Origin: a virus
Lineage: Duplodnaviria; Caudoviricetes
DNA: 64,000 nucleotides
Direction: 5' to 3' (one strand)
IMG/VR virus record: IMGVR_UViG_3300043811_000176
Coordinates: 756 to 64,755 of that record
Positions 55,502 to 64,000 of this stretch are shown in pieces. Both the position numbers and the translations under genes were made by a program. Below the pieces are notes generated by a model. It was not told the DNA's origin and made no database searches. It worked only from the letters and a program-made list of their open reading frames with translations. The number at the start of each line of letters is the position of its first letter. The first letter of the stretch is position 1.

Positions 55502-55732
55502 CGCTAAGCCATTGAAATGACGAAGCGTTTTGATAATTTGACAATGTTCTCAAGGAGTTATATATAGGATGGGCGTTGGGGGTCGTCACCGCGCCAACGG
55601 CGACGCCCCTTCGGCGCAGACTTCTATGGCATGTACCACCTCGGTTCTGGGCTCCATTGCCCGCTGACGTGTCACTGCTTGCTGACTTCCTAGGTTGGCT
55701 AGACCTAGGTATTTCGATTCACCAAAGGGCTT

Positions 55733-55999
55733 TCACCCTTCGGTGGTGGCTTTTGAAACGCCTTCCGAGGGAAACCCGGAGGGCGTTTCATCTTTGCGGA
55801 CAAGGCGGATTTTTCCTTTGCCCGCTTTTTTCACTTTTCCACCTTTCACAAGGCGGCGAACCATCGTGTAGTAGTAGGCACCATTATTCTTATCGAGCAT
55901 TGCCTGGAACTTGGGGACAGCACGAAGCGCCTTCTGCAGCTCATGGTGCCGAACAGCCCCATGAAAACCGCCGAGAATGCGGATTGATGCGTCCCCCAT
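55733..55999 (-). CDS. basic, possibly winged-helix protein
   Basis: 'YYTMVRRLVKGGKVKKAGKG'; start uncertain. Confidence 0.45.
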   Translation of the reverse strand: MGDASIRILGGFHGAVRHHELQKALRAVPKFQAMLDKNNGAYYYTMVRRLVKGGKVKKAGKGKIRLVRKDETPSGFPSEGVSKATTEG

Positions 56000-56261
56000 G
56001 CTTTCACCGAGCGTATGGAAAGGGCCGGGCTTGGCATCCCGGCCCTTCAACCCTTGGCCCACCACAGGCAAGAGGAGGTTCGGACGATGACGGCCAAAGC
56101 CTAGTCAGGGGCTCTTAAAGCCCCTCGCAGGGCCTTTTTGAGCACCATTCCGGGTCCGGCCGAACTCCGGCCCGGGATGGCCCCTTGTAGCATATTAATT
56201 TGGGGTCAGCAAATGAACGACCAGCGGGCCGCCCGGCCCGTATGACGCCGCGATAGACGCA

Positions 56262-56459
56262 TCATCGGGTAAGAGTGAACGAGCCATAAATTTGAGGCAT
56301 CGCGATCGGAGGCGCCGTATCGGGTGCCGGGTTCCGTACCACTGTATTCGATGGGGATGCGTCTATGCTGTGGACCATGCCAACCGCTGCGGCGGGAGCG
56401 CCGGCTAAGTTATCGTGTGGCACATCACTGCGCACGTCGTCTCTCGGATTCGTTGCCAT
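56262..56459 (-). CDS. hypothetical protein
   Basis: GAGAGGG SD, 65 aa. Confidence 0.5.
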   Translation of the reverse strand: MATNPRDDVRSDVPHDNLAGAPAAAVGMVHSIDASPSNTVVRNPAPDTAPPIAMPQIYGSFTLTR

Positions 56460-56537
56460 GACATGCCCTCTCGTAGCTCTCTGGTCTGCTGCTCTTAAAA
56501 AGCGGCTAATTCGAGGCAAACGTTTATCCTTTCAAGT

Positions 56538-56801
56538 TCAACAGTTTGCCGGTCTTTTTCGTAGGTGCCCTAGCGGGTCAGCAAGGTCGCCATCGAGCGC
56601 TCCCATCCTGATTTTTGCAGCCATCATCAGCATCCAGGCTGCATCGTCTCGTTCGCCGCGCGCTTCGGCGCGCGATGCGCAAGTGATCAAGAGTTCGACG
56701 CGTTCGTCGTTAGACAGCGCATTCCATTTACCGACGCTATATCTCAACGCGCGCTCCGCTTTCCGCATTACGACAGAAATTGTGTAGGTTGAAGATAGCA
56801 T
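56538..56801 (-). CDS. hypothetical protein
   Basis: Helical ORF, AAGGT SD. Confidence 0.5.
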   Translation of the reverse strand: MLSSTYTISVVMRKAERALRYSVGKWNALSNDERVELLITCASRAEARGERDDAAWMLMMAAKIRMGALDGDLADPLGHLRKRPANC

Positions 56802-57145
56802 GAAACGGACACCTTTACAAAAACCTTTTTGGGGGGACATGAGAGGGTGCCACCGAATCCGTTTTGAGCGTGGGCCGACGGCCTGGCGATACTGACCGGT
56901 AAGTTTTGCACTACCGCGAGTGCTCGTACGATCCTACACGCAACAGTAAACTACCCTGGTACAGATCACTAAGTCGTGATCAACCCCTCTTTCACCTGCG
57001 CTCGATTGTCGCACCGCAGTATTTAGATACCGGTGATTATTCATCTATATGAATGAAAACGCAAATTGGTTAATTATATCAATGAGGGTTGTAACAGTCT
57101 TTTAAGAGGGTTACAGATGGGATCTGGGTTGCATACAACCGGTTG

Positions 57146-57637
57146 ATGGTGAAGGTGAAAGGCATGCTGCAAGTAGACCAGGTCGAGCGGGCGACGGTCG
57201 AACGACGGCCGCGTTGGTGGCGAATAAAAGGCGCTGAAGCCAAACGTGAATTTTTGCTCGCCGTGCAAGCGAGCGACTATCAAAAGCACCCGGAATCACT
57301 CGCCGCGAGCACCAAAAACACCGCAATCGAGCGCGCGTCGCATAGGTTAAAACTCGGCTGGATTACTTGGCGATGGCCGGCATTTGTTAACTGGCGCCGA
57401 GGCCTCTCGAACCCCCCGCAATGGGTTGCCAAAGTGATCGCAGACCAGCTCCGCGCCAATGCTGCGGCCGATCTAGCGCTAGCGGACGCGGTGGAAAAAG
57501 CAGCCAGCTCCGGACCCGGACAAGGGCGCGCGGGCGCAGTCACGTTGCGAAAATGGCACGCCCGACAAAAAATGGAGCGCGAAAAAGAAAAAGCGGCCGA
57601 AGCCGCTCTAAGAGCAAAAATTGAAAGTGAAGGTTAA
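57146..57637 (+). CDS. hypothetical basic protein, possible HTH
   Basis: 'FVNWRRGLSNPPQWV'. Confidence 0.5.
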   Translation: MVKVKGMLQVDQVERATVERRPRWWRIKGAEAKREFLLAVQASDYQKHPESLAASTKNTAIERASHRLKLGWITWRWPAFVNWRRGLSNPPQWVAKVIADQLRANAAADLALADAVEKAASSGPGQGRAGAVTLRKWHARQKMEREKEKAAEAALRAKIESEG

Positions 57638-57646
57638 TGGCAGTGA

Positions 57647-58000
57647 TTAACGCGACTTGCGCAATCGCACCAGCTGACTCCAATCCGAACCATAGCGCCC
57701 GTGATAAGTCGCGCCATTATTACCGCTAACCGTGACACAAGTAATTCGAGCGCCAAAATTATTGCGGTGTACGCTTGATGCTTTAATCTCGCCAAGCTCG
57801 GCACCCAACCAAGTCGCAACCTTGGTGCCTGTCACATAAGCACAATGCAGTTCCGGCTTCGTGCTCCACAAAGCCAATTCTTGTGCTTCCAACGCCTCGT
57901 TATGCGCTTGAACGTCGACCGGACCATCAACGCGGCCATCAGGCGCGAATCGCTCGCCGACATGTTCGAAAATATAACCCGCCGAAACCAGTGTGTTCAT
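57647..58000 (-). CDS. hypothetical phage protein
   Basis: AAGGGA SD; 'VATWLGAELG..YHGRYG'. Confidence 0.6.
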   Translation of the reverse strand: MNTLVSAGYIFEHVGERFAPDGRVDGPVDVQAHNEALEAQELALWSTKPELHCAYVTGTKVATWLGAELGEIKASSVHRNNFGARITCVTVSGNNGATYHGRYGSDWSQLVRLRKSR

Positions 58001-58043
58001 TTCCCTTACTCCCCATTGCGACGGGACCGCCCCGCGCCATGAC

Positions 58044-58097
58044 AACAGTTAAACCACTAAAAATTTCGTGCGTCAAGCCCCTTGCTAACAGTTAAAC
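58044..58097. promoter_or_regulatory. divergent promoter region with 11-bp direct repeat
   Basis: AACAGTTAAAC at 58044-58054 and 58087-58097; CTTGAC (-) and CTTGCT (+) -35 boxes back to back. Confidence 0.55.
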
Positions 58098-58159
58098 ATT
58101 GTGCTAGGGTCTTGCTTGCGAGCGAGCGAGAGACGCCGCGAATCAGAAGGAATCGGGAA

Positions 58160-58387
58160 ATGAATCGAGTTTGCATCTATGATCGTAACGGCTGGCGCCT
58201 GACTAGCTACGGCAACGGTTGGGCGTATTTGCTTGAGGATACTGAGGCTGATTCGCATAAGTCGGCTTGGTTCCAAGACGACGATGCGACGGAATTTGCG
58301 TCGCAAGTGATGAGCGAAGACGGTTTCATGGTTGACAATTGCGAAGAGCGTTTTGCCGACTATTCCGAGGTTATGACGAACGCCTAA
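58160..58387 (+). CDS. hypothetical protein
   Basis: 75 aa, acidic. Confidence 0.6.
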   Translation: MNRVCIYDRNGWRLTSYGNGWAYLLEDTEADSHKSAWFQDDDATEFASQVMSEDGFMVDNCEERFADYSEVMTNA

Positions 58388-58424
58388 AGGGCCGGCGATG
58401 CCTTACCCGAGAGTGGAGAGACAA

Positions 58425-58988
58425 ATGACCAAATGCACAATCAAATGGATCGATAAGCAAGGTAACCCCACGCCCGACAACAATGACGCGATAATGCTGG
58501 TGCGCACTAAACATAGATTTGAGCAACACCATGGGCTCGCGCTGGAATTTGGGAGAGCAAACGGCTGGAATGCACAGAAGCGTGATTGCTCTTGCTGCGC
58601 ATCTTCGCAGTGCGCAGTGACGGCAATCAAGCCGGGTGGAGAGACAAAAATGACTGATATCATGCACCGATATAGCAATCCCCGCATGGAAGCGACAATC
58701 GATAATTGGCCCCATGGGTCCAAACGCGTAACCGCTAAATTCCATATAGAAATCGACACCAAGCGCGGGCAGCGCGCCGTCCGGATTACCACGGGCGCGC
58801 CGAAGAAACTCACGTTCGCTAAGCAAATGCGAATTGTTGATGGCGCCGATGGCCGCACCTATATCGCTGCGCTAACAGAATACGGACATATAACTATATG
58901 GCGCGGCGATATGAAGTACCACGAAGAAACCTTCTTTGAGCGCGATTACCATTTCACGGCATTGCGCGATCTGCTGTTTGGAGTGTAG
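58425..58988 (+). CDS. hypothetical protein(s); second in-frame start at 58650
   Basis: GTGGAGAGACAAA precedes both ATG 58425 and ATG 58650. Confidence 0.55.
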   Translation: MTKCTIKWIDKQGNPTPDNNDAIMLVRTKHRFEQHHGLALEFGRANGWNAQKRDCSCCASSQCAVTAIKPGGETKMTDIMHRYSNPRMEATIDNWPHGSKRVTAKFHIEIDTKRGQRAVRITTGAPKKLTFAKQMRIVDGADGRTYIAALTEYGHITIWRGDMKYHEETFFERDYHFTALRDLLFGV

Positions 58989-59069
58989 TGACTTGACCAT
59001 CTACATCATATCCACAATCGCAATCTGGCTGTTCCTGGTCGGGTTCGCGGCAATCATGCAGGTGAAGCG

Positions 59070-59273
59070 ATGACTAATACCTTCTGCGCCATCAAGCTCG
59101 ACACAATCCCCGGAACCACGATCCTGCGTCTCACGAGAGACTGGCATTACGATGCCGGCGTTCTCCCTCGCGGCACTGAGGTCCAGCCATTCGCTGCCGG
59201 ACAAAACAATCTGACCAATCGCCACGAGCGCACCGTGATCTGCGATGGCGAGAAATGCACTGGACCATATTGA
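59070..59273 (+). CDS. hypothetical protein
   Basis: 67 aa ORF. Confidence 0.45.
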   Translation: MTNTFCAIKLDTIPGTTILRLTRDWHYDAGVLPRGTEVQPFAAGQNNLTNRHERTVICDGEKCTGPY

Positions 59274-59455
59274 TGACTCCCGCGCAATACCGCGATGCCA
59301 TCACCCGCCTCGGGGCGTGCAGGCCAACTGAGCAGCCCCGTCCCCTTCGATAAACGGGGCGTAGACGCGTTTTTCAACCTGCCCCGCTACCACCCTAGCC
59401 GCCGACACCAAAAACGTGCCAGCGGCCTTCTAAACCGCAAACAGGAGGTACTGCA

Positions 59456-60124
59456 ATGACACGTGACGAAATCTTGTTAGCTATTAAAAACGGCAATTCT
59501 CTCGCCCGCGCCAATCTCGCCGGCGCCAATCTCGCCCGCGCCGATCTCACCGGCGCCAATCTCGCCGGCGCCTATCTCGCCCGCGCCAATCTCGCCCGCG
59601 CCGATCTCACCGGCGCCAATCTCGCCGGCGCCAATCTCGCCCGCGCCGATCTCGCCGGCGCCGATCTCGCCGGCGCCGATCTCGCCGGCGCCGATCTCGC
59701 CCACGCCGATCTCGCCGGCGCCGATCTCGGCAGCGCCTATCTCGCCCGCGCCAATCTCGCCTTCGCCAATCTCGCCCACGCCGATCTCGCCGGCGCCAAT
59801 CTCGCCCACGCCGATCTCGCCGGCGCCGATCTCGACGGCGCCGATCTCGCCGGCGCCAATCTCGCCGGCGCCAATCTCGCCTGCGCCAATCTTGGCGAGC
59901 AATGGATCATACAAGGCGCAACCCGATCGGACGGTTACCAATTCCTGTTGCAAAAACTCACAGCGAACACAGAACCGATGATAAATGCGGGGTGCCGTTG
60001 CTTCACGCTGCCAAGAGCGCGCGAGCACTGGCAAGAAACACGCGCGGGAACGCCGCTGGGCGACGAAACCTTTGCAATCATTGATTGCATGGTCGCCTTG
60101 GCGAAGGCGCGCGGGTTGATCTGA
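59456..60124 (+). CDS. pentapeptide repeat protein
   Basis: About 26 A(D/N)LxX units encoded by 15-bp repeats; AGGAGG SD; C-terminal 'INAGCRCFT' domain. Confidence 0.92.
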   Translation: MTRDEILLAIKNGNSLARANLAGANLARADLTGANLAGAYLARANLARADLTGANLAGANLARADLAGADLAGADLAGADLAHADLAGADLGSAYLARANLAFANLAHADLAGANLAHADLAGADLDGADLAGANLAGANLACANLGEQWIIQGATRSDGYQFLLQKLTANTEPMINAGCRCFTLPRAREHWQETRAGTPLGDETFAIIDCMVALAKARGLI

Positions 60125-60127
60125 CGC

Positions 60128-60555
60128 ACTGTAGGGGGTTTGTAGGGCCAATGTTGGGGTGGCCCTACAAAAAAATTTATATGTATCAACTCTGTAGTTG
60201 GTGTAGGGGGTGTAGTCCCAATAGTAGTAGTACATATTTATATACCAATTGGTTAATAGCCATACCGTTATACCGTTCCCTATTTACCCCACGTTTTATA
60301 CGCCTCTAGGGAGCCCCCCCAACTACCCCCTACGGCCCCTACACCATTGAAATTAAAGCAAAAAATTTTTTCGGTGTAGGGGCATCGAATTCTGGTTTTC
60401 TGTATCATCTGTTAACATACTCCACATGGTAAGATGAAAATCCTTAGCTTTTTCAATAACTTCTTTTACTTTTCAAACAGATAACCAATAACATCGGTGG
60501 CGGCATTTCCGAGCGTTGTTGCCGATACAATTGGTAATATAGCAACTACGCTTTT
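60128..60555. other. candidate replication origin
   Basis: AT-rich gap downstream of primase; multiple TGTAGGG/CCCTAC repeats; 12-bp inverted repeat 60139-60150/60160-60171. Confidence 0.5.
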
Positions 60556-62751
60556 CTAAATAGTAACATTTCGTGTATAACCTTGACTTACTTTTTGGCC
60601 GATCCTGACCGGTTTGGGACCATCCCAACCGTTTTTTCGCATGACATGCGCGACTCTTTTGTATAACCATTGAGACTGTTGGTGCGTCGGAATCTGAAGA
60701 TGGATTTCAATGACGTCGTATGACGAAATTTGCGTGCCCGTCAGGTGCGCAAGTCTGTCTTCCCATGGATCCCGTTCGCGCCGGCTTTCCTGGCGCTCCG
60801 CGGCGTCGCCCCACAATCTGGAGTGCAATGATAGCGACGCTCCGCGCTCTTGCAGCAGGGCTTCGGCCCATAACTGGTCTCGATCTCTTCGCAACGCGTC
60901 CAGGTCTATCCTGCCGGTTGTAATTGGCCAAAATCTTCTATTTCCAGTTGGTGAAGTGAGGTATAGATGGGGATTGGTGGTGGCGAACAGCACGCATGTC
61001 CTCGGTTTATCGACGCGGAAATGCCCGTAGGCGGGCCTGGCGCGGTCCGTGGTGCGACTTGCGAAAGCTTTAACCTTCTCTACCTCCGCTCTCGAATGTC
61101 CCTGCAGGTCGGCTATTTCGTACAGCCAGACCCCCTGCAAAAGCTCTTGTTGCCGCGTCTCGTTGGCGTCGAGAATCGATTGGTCCGAAAAATTCTCTCG
61201 CCCCGCCATGATTTCGATCGCCGTGCTCTTTCCCGTACCTTCCTTTGCGTCGAACGTAATGATCTGGTCGAACTTGCACCCAGGCTGGAGTATCCGCCGC
61301 ACGCCTGCGAGCAGGCAGAGCCGACTGACTTCCCGATTGAAAGAATCATCGGTCGCGCCCATGTAGCGAATCAGCCACGTGTCGATTCTGGGCGTTCCGT
61401 CCCACTGGAGCGAGTCGAAATAATCCTTGATCGGGTGATATGAACGGCTCAAGCATTCTTGTTCGAGCGCATCTCGCATGTGAAGTTTCCCCGGGTCGAA
61501 ACCATGGCAATCCCGGATCAGCACGCGCATGCGCTGTACCATGGGATCGCTCAGCTCACCCGCCCAGGACTCCATCAGATGCCCGGCGACGTGGAAGCGC
61601 TCGTGGAATTGATCGAATTTACAACTGACGCCTAATTGCCGAATCGCTTCTACCGCGTTGGCGCAGGTCGCCTTGATCTTTCCGCCTTCCGTCATATCCG
61701 GCCAGCGAATCGATCCCTGGGTCGCCCGGATCGCCTCGGGCAGTGCGGGGGCATGGCCGTTCAATGCGCTCGCGGCCCCCCCGGCGGCTCCTTGCGCCGG
61801 GGGCCGGCTCTCATCGGCGGGGATAAGTCGAACCTCGACCGGCATCATTTCCTTTCTGGCGTAACCGTACTTCCGGGCGGCGGCGAACAACGATCCTATT
61901 CCCACTCCGCCCCCCGGCTTGAACGTCGACCACCGGTAGCTCGTCTCGGATTCTCCTTGGTACTTCTCTCGCCCGCTCGCCGACCATCGATCCCACAACA
62001 ACCCCGCTTTGGGGTGTCCGGTCGAATGGAGCGCCATACCCACGCGTATCCATTCATCCATTCCGCAATCGGCGGGGATGCACGCGATGGCGCGGGCGAC
62101 CTCGTGCCAGTCGTCCGGGGCCTCTAACGCCCGCGCCATCCTCTCGGTAAAGCCGTCGGCGGGCATTGCCCCGAAGTCGCCGATGGCGGCCGGCATGGCG
62201 CCGATGGCGCTAGTGCGCTTCTTTTTCTCCAATGACCATGCAATCAGCGTCGCAGGCGCATCCGCAATTCCCCCCTCCGGCGGCGCTTCCCAAGCGTAGA
62301 CGAATCCGCTGGCGTGCGGGCTGGGCGCCAGCACGACGAATCCTCCTGTGCCTCTGGTATCGAGTTGGTTGTCGCCGTCGCTGCGGGTGCCGCCCTCTCC
62401 CCGGAAGAACACGTGCACGCCGCGGCGCGTGCGCGCTCGCGCGGTCGGCGGGGGCCTCCCTACGATCCGGCCCAGCGCCATGACGCCGCGCGGCCCGTCT
62501 GCATCGGCTACCAGCAATCTGGAGGGACCGGTCGCGCACCCTATCCCGGCGTGCGGCCACTTGGTCCAGTAGCCCCGCACCGTCTGAATGTCGCAACTCG
62601 CACCCGCTTTCCATTTGATTCGCGGATGCTTGCCTACTGAGCGGCAATCCGGATTTCCGCACCCGCAGGCGCGATCGAACCGAATCGAGTGCAGCGGAAA
62701 GACGAACCAGCCTAGTGCAGCGTAGCGGAGCGCAGATTCGAGCATGGACAT
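60556..62751 (-). CDS. primase-polymerase + PriCT-2 + VirE/VapE-type helicase
   Basis: 'GWFVFPL..KHP..VADAD..GVHVFF..GFVVLAPS', 'EWIRVGMALH', Walker A 'GTGKST', 'GNRRFWP'. Confidence 0.92.
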   Translation of the reverse strand: MSMLESALRYAALGWFVFPLHSIRFDRACGCGNPDCRSVGKHPRIKWKAGASCDIQTVRGYWTKWPHAGIGCATGPSRLLVADADGPRGVMALGRIVGRPPPTARARTRRGVHVFFRGEGGTRSDGDNQLDTRGTGGFVVLAPSPHASGFVYAWEAPPEGGIADAPATLIAWSLEKKKRTSAIGAMPAAIGDFGAMPADGFTERMARALEAPDDWHEVARAIACIPADCGMDEWIRVGMALHSTGHPKAGLLWDRWSASGREKYQGESETSYRWSTFKPGGGVGIGSLFAAARKYGYARKEMMPVEVRLIPADESRPPAQGAAGGAASALNGHAPALPEAIRATQGSIRWPDMTEGGKIKATCANAVEAIRQLGVSCKFDQFHERFHVAGHLMESWAGELSDPMVQRMRVLIRDCHGFDPGKLHMRDALEQECLSRSYHPIKDYFDSLQWDGTPRIDTWLIRYMGATDDSFNREVSRLCLLAGVRRILQPGCKFDQIITFDAKEGTGKSTAIEIMAGRENFSDQSILDANETRQQELLQGVWLYEIADLQGHSRAEVEKVKAFASRTTDRARPAYGHFRVDKPRTCVLFATTNPHLYLTSPTGNRRFWPITTGRIDLDALRRDRDQLWAEALLQERGASLSLHSRLWGDAAERQESRRERDPWEDRLAHLTGTQISSYDVIEIHLQIPTHQQSQWLYKRVAHVMRKNGWDGPKPVRIGQKVSQGYTRNVTI

Positions 62752-62796
62752 TAATTATACCCCTTGCGCAATAATCCGAGACACGCTACAAAGGGC

Positions 62797-62870
62797 CTGT
62801 CTCTCTTGCTGACGATTCCTCCCATGACCCACTTGGCCCTGCCAACCCATTGGCGGGGCTTTCTTTTTTG
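62797..62870 (+). ncRNA. candidate SuhB/MmgR-like sRNA with terminator
   Basis: CTTGCG-N17-CTACAA promoter (62763-62791), TTCCTCCC at 62816-62823, 10-bp hairpin 62836-62859 plus U-tract. Confidence 0.5.
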
Positions 62871-63038
62871 GGAGAATCCCCTCCCGAGGGGAACCATCAG
62901 TGTGCGCCCTCGGGCTTTATTGCGTCAACTCTCTTGGTGGTACTGACCGGTAAGGGTACGAAATTAATCTTTACAAGTACCGTGATTCGTGTTTATCTGT
63001 TTGCCTTAACTCAGGGAACACGGAAAGGACAAACGAAG

Positions 63039-63302
63039 ATGACGCGGATACATTGGATCGAGTGTTTTGCTTCCAATATGAAGACCGGCCAAGCGTTCGT
63101 GGCGATTAGCGATGGCACGACGACATTTTGTGCAGTCGGTGGAGACCTCGATGTCATGATCGCCGATTACGCCAGCAATTACGGTTTTAATTCGCCGGGC
63201 GATGTGAGTTGCGTCGCTAGTCTCTACGCAGGCGACGAAGAAGCGTCGATATCTGACACACGTCATTTTACGATCCACCCCACTTTGGAGGATGCCCAAT
63301 GA
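63039..63302 (+). CDS. hypothetical protein
   Basis: AAAGGA SD; ATGA-coupled to next gene. Confidence 0.6.
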   Translation: MTRIHWIECFASNMKTGQAFVAISDGTTTFCAVGGDLDVMIADYASNYGFNSPGDVSCVASLYAGDEEASISDTRHFTIHPTLEDAQ

Positions 63303-64000
63303 CTATGCTCGCCTTCACCGACACTGTGGACACCAAAGATCAGATACTCTCGCAACTCCGCGCGCACTTCGAGGCTGACGAAATTGTAAAAGGCTATTAT
63401 TGGGAAAATGGAAAGGGGTGCGCTGTCGGTTGCACGATTCATTCCGACGACCACGTCGAGTATGAAGCGCGGTTCGGCATTCCGCAGATGCTCGCATGTT
63501 TGGAAGACTGCATTTTTGAAGGACTTCCTGACGGGCGGGCTAAAGCATGGCCGTTGGATTTCATGTCTGCCGTGGCGCCTGGCGCCGACTTATCATGCGT
63601 CGGCTGGCATTTTCTGCATTGGCTGCTTACGGATCAGACTATTAATCCCGGCATCGATCATCCTCTCGTCAAAGATGCGGTCAAGTCCTGTGCTGACGTG
63701 TTGGCGTGGAGCGCGGCGAAGAGCGCGGCGGATAGCGCGGATAGCGCGGATAGCGCGGATAGCGCGGATAGCGCGGATAGCGCGGATAGCGCGGATAGCG
63801 CGGATAGCGCGGAGATCGCGGCGTGGATCGCGAGGAGTGTGGCGGAGAACGCAGCGTGGAGCGCGGCGGAGAGCGCGAGGAGTGTGGCGGAGAACGCAGC
63901 GTGGAGCGCGGCGGAGAGCGCGAGGAGTGTGGCGGAGAACGCAGCGAGGAGTGTGGCGGAGAACGTAGCGTGGAGCGCGGCGGAGAGCGCGATGTGGAGC
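63299..64000 (+). CDS. phage protein with Ser/Ala-rich repeat tail (runs off window)
   Basis: GGAGG SD; MTMLAFTD..'YWENGKGCAVGCTIH'..(ADS)n, 'WSAAESA'; absent from ORF track because no stop in window. Confidence 0.75.
   Translation, partial: MTMLAFTDTVDTKDQILSQLRAHFEADEIVKGYYWENGKGCAVGCTIHSDDHVEYEARFGIPQMLACLEDCIFEGLPDGRAKAWPLDFMSAVAPGADLSCVGWHFLHWLLTDQTINPGIDHPLVKDAVKSCADVLAWSAAKSAADSADSADSADSADSADSADSADSADSAEIAAWIARSVAENAAWSAAESARSVAENAAWSAAESARSVAENAARSVAENVAWSAAESAMWS
63728..63808. repeat. 9-bp tandem repeat x9, followed by ~45-bp degenerate repeats
   Basis: (GCGGATAGC)9. Confidence 0.95.

Noticed and set aside
59500-59895. CRISPR-like or regulatory repeat array; also the antisense GAGEI ORF 59477-60235
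   Set aside because: No spacers; the 15-bp period is explained by the pentapeptide protein on the + strand.
56890-62954. 14-bp direct repeat TACTGACCGGTAAG at 56890 and 62941 as att/res sites
   Set aside because: Several exact 14-mers are expected by chance in 64 kb and the flanks do not extend; only the intergenic location of both copies is suggestive.
63408-63968. Arg-rich (ARI)n ORF
   Set aside because: Shadow frame; the SD-led gene starts at 63299 in another frame.
1-64000. Alternative genetic code, introns or inteins
   Set aside because: Core genes are full length in code 11 with all three stops used; no unexplained insertions in PolA, TerL, helicase or primase.

Overview
The window is most or all of a ~60% GC tailed-phage genome, circularly permuted, with podovirus-like gene content: no tape-measure or tail-tube gene is recognisable, but there are three candidate ejection proteins. 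The host is probably an alphaproteobacterium (Hyphomicrobiales), inferred from a NrdJ-tail-like ORF, CTTGnn-N17/18-CTAnAn promoters and anti-SD sRNA-like elements. Layout: + strand replication block (1-9.6 kb: PolA, Cas4-like exonuclease, VRR-NUC, SNF2 helicase, SSB-like protein); a long - strand block (9.6-56.8 kb) read right to left as RHH regulator, glycosylation/methylation cluster with a serine recombinase, terminase, portal, scaffold, major capsid (MCP), adaptors, nozzle, ejection proteins, a run of signal-peptide-bearing fibre/spike genes, and lysis genes; then early/accessory genes, a candidate origin and a primase-helicase (57-64 kb). Most unusual: (1) two small twin-arginine-leader proteins carrying segments of the phage's own MCP conserved as protein but recoded as DNA, plus further micro-ORFs that look like isolated motifs of helicase, terminase and host RNR, a possible decoy/mimic repertoire; (2) a tail/fibre module in which most genes have export signals, including an FN3-like subunit that looks built for donor-strand polymerisation; (3) an MCP gene that apparently starts at ATC; (4) a TGTAGT-N7-ACTACA operator at three unlinked promoters; (5) several structured RNA candidates. 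All product calls come from motif recognition by eye; no database search was run.
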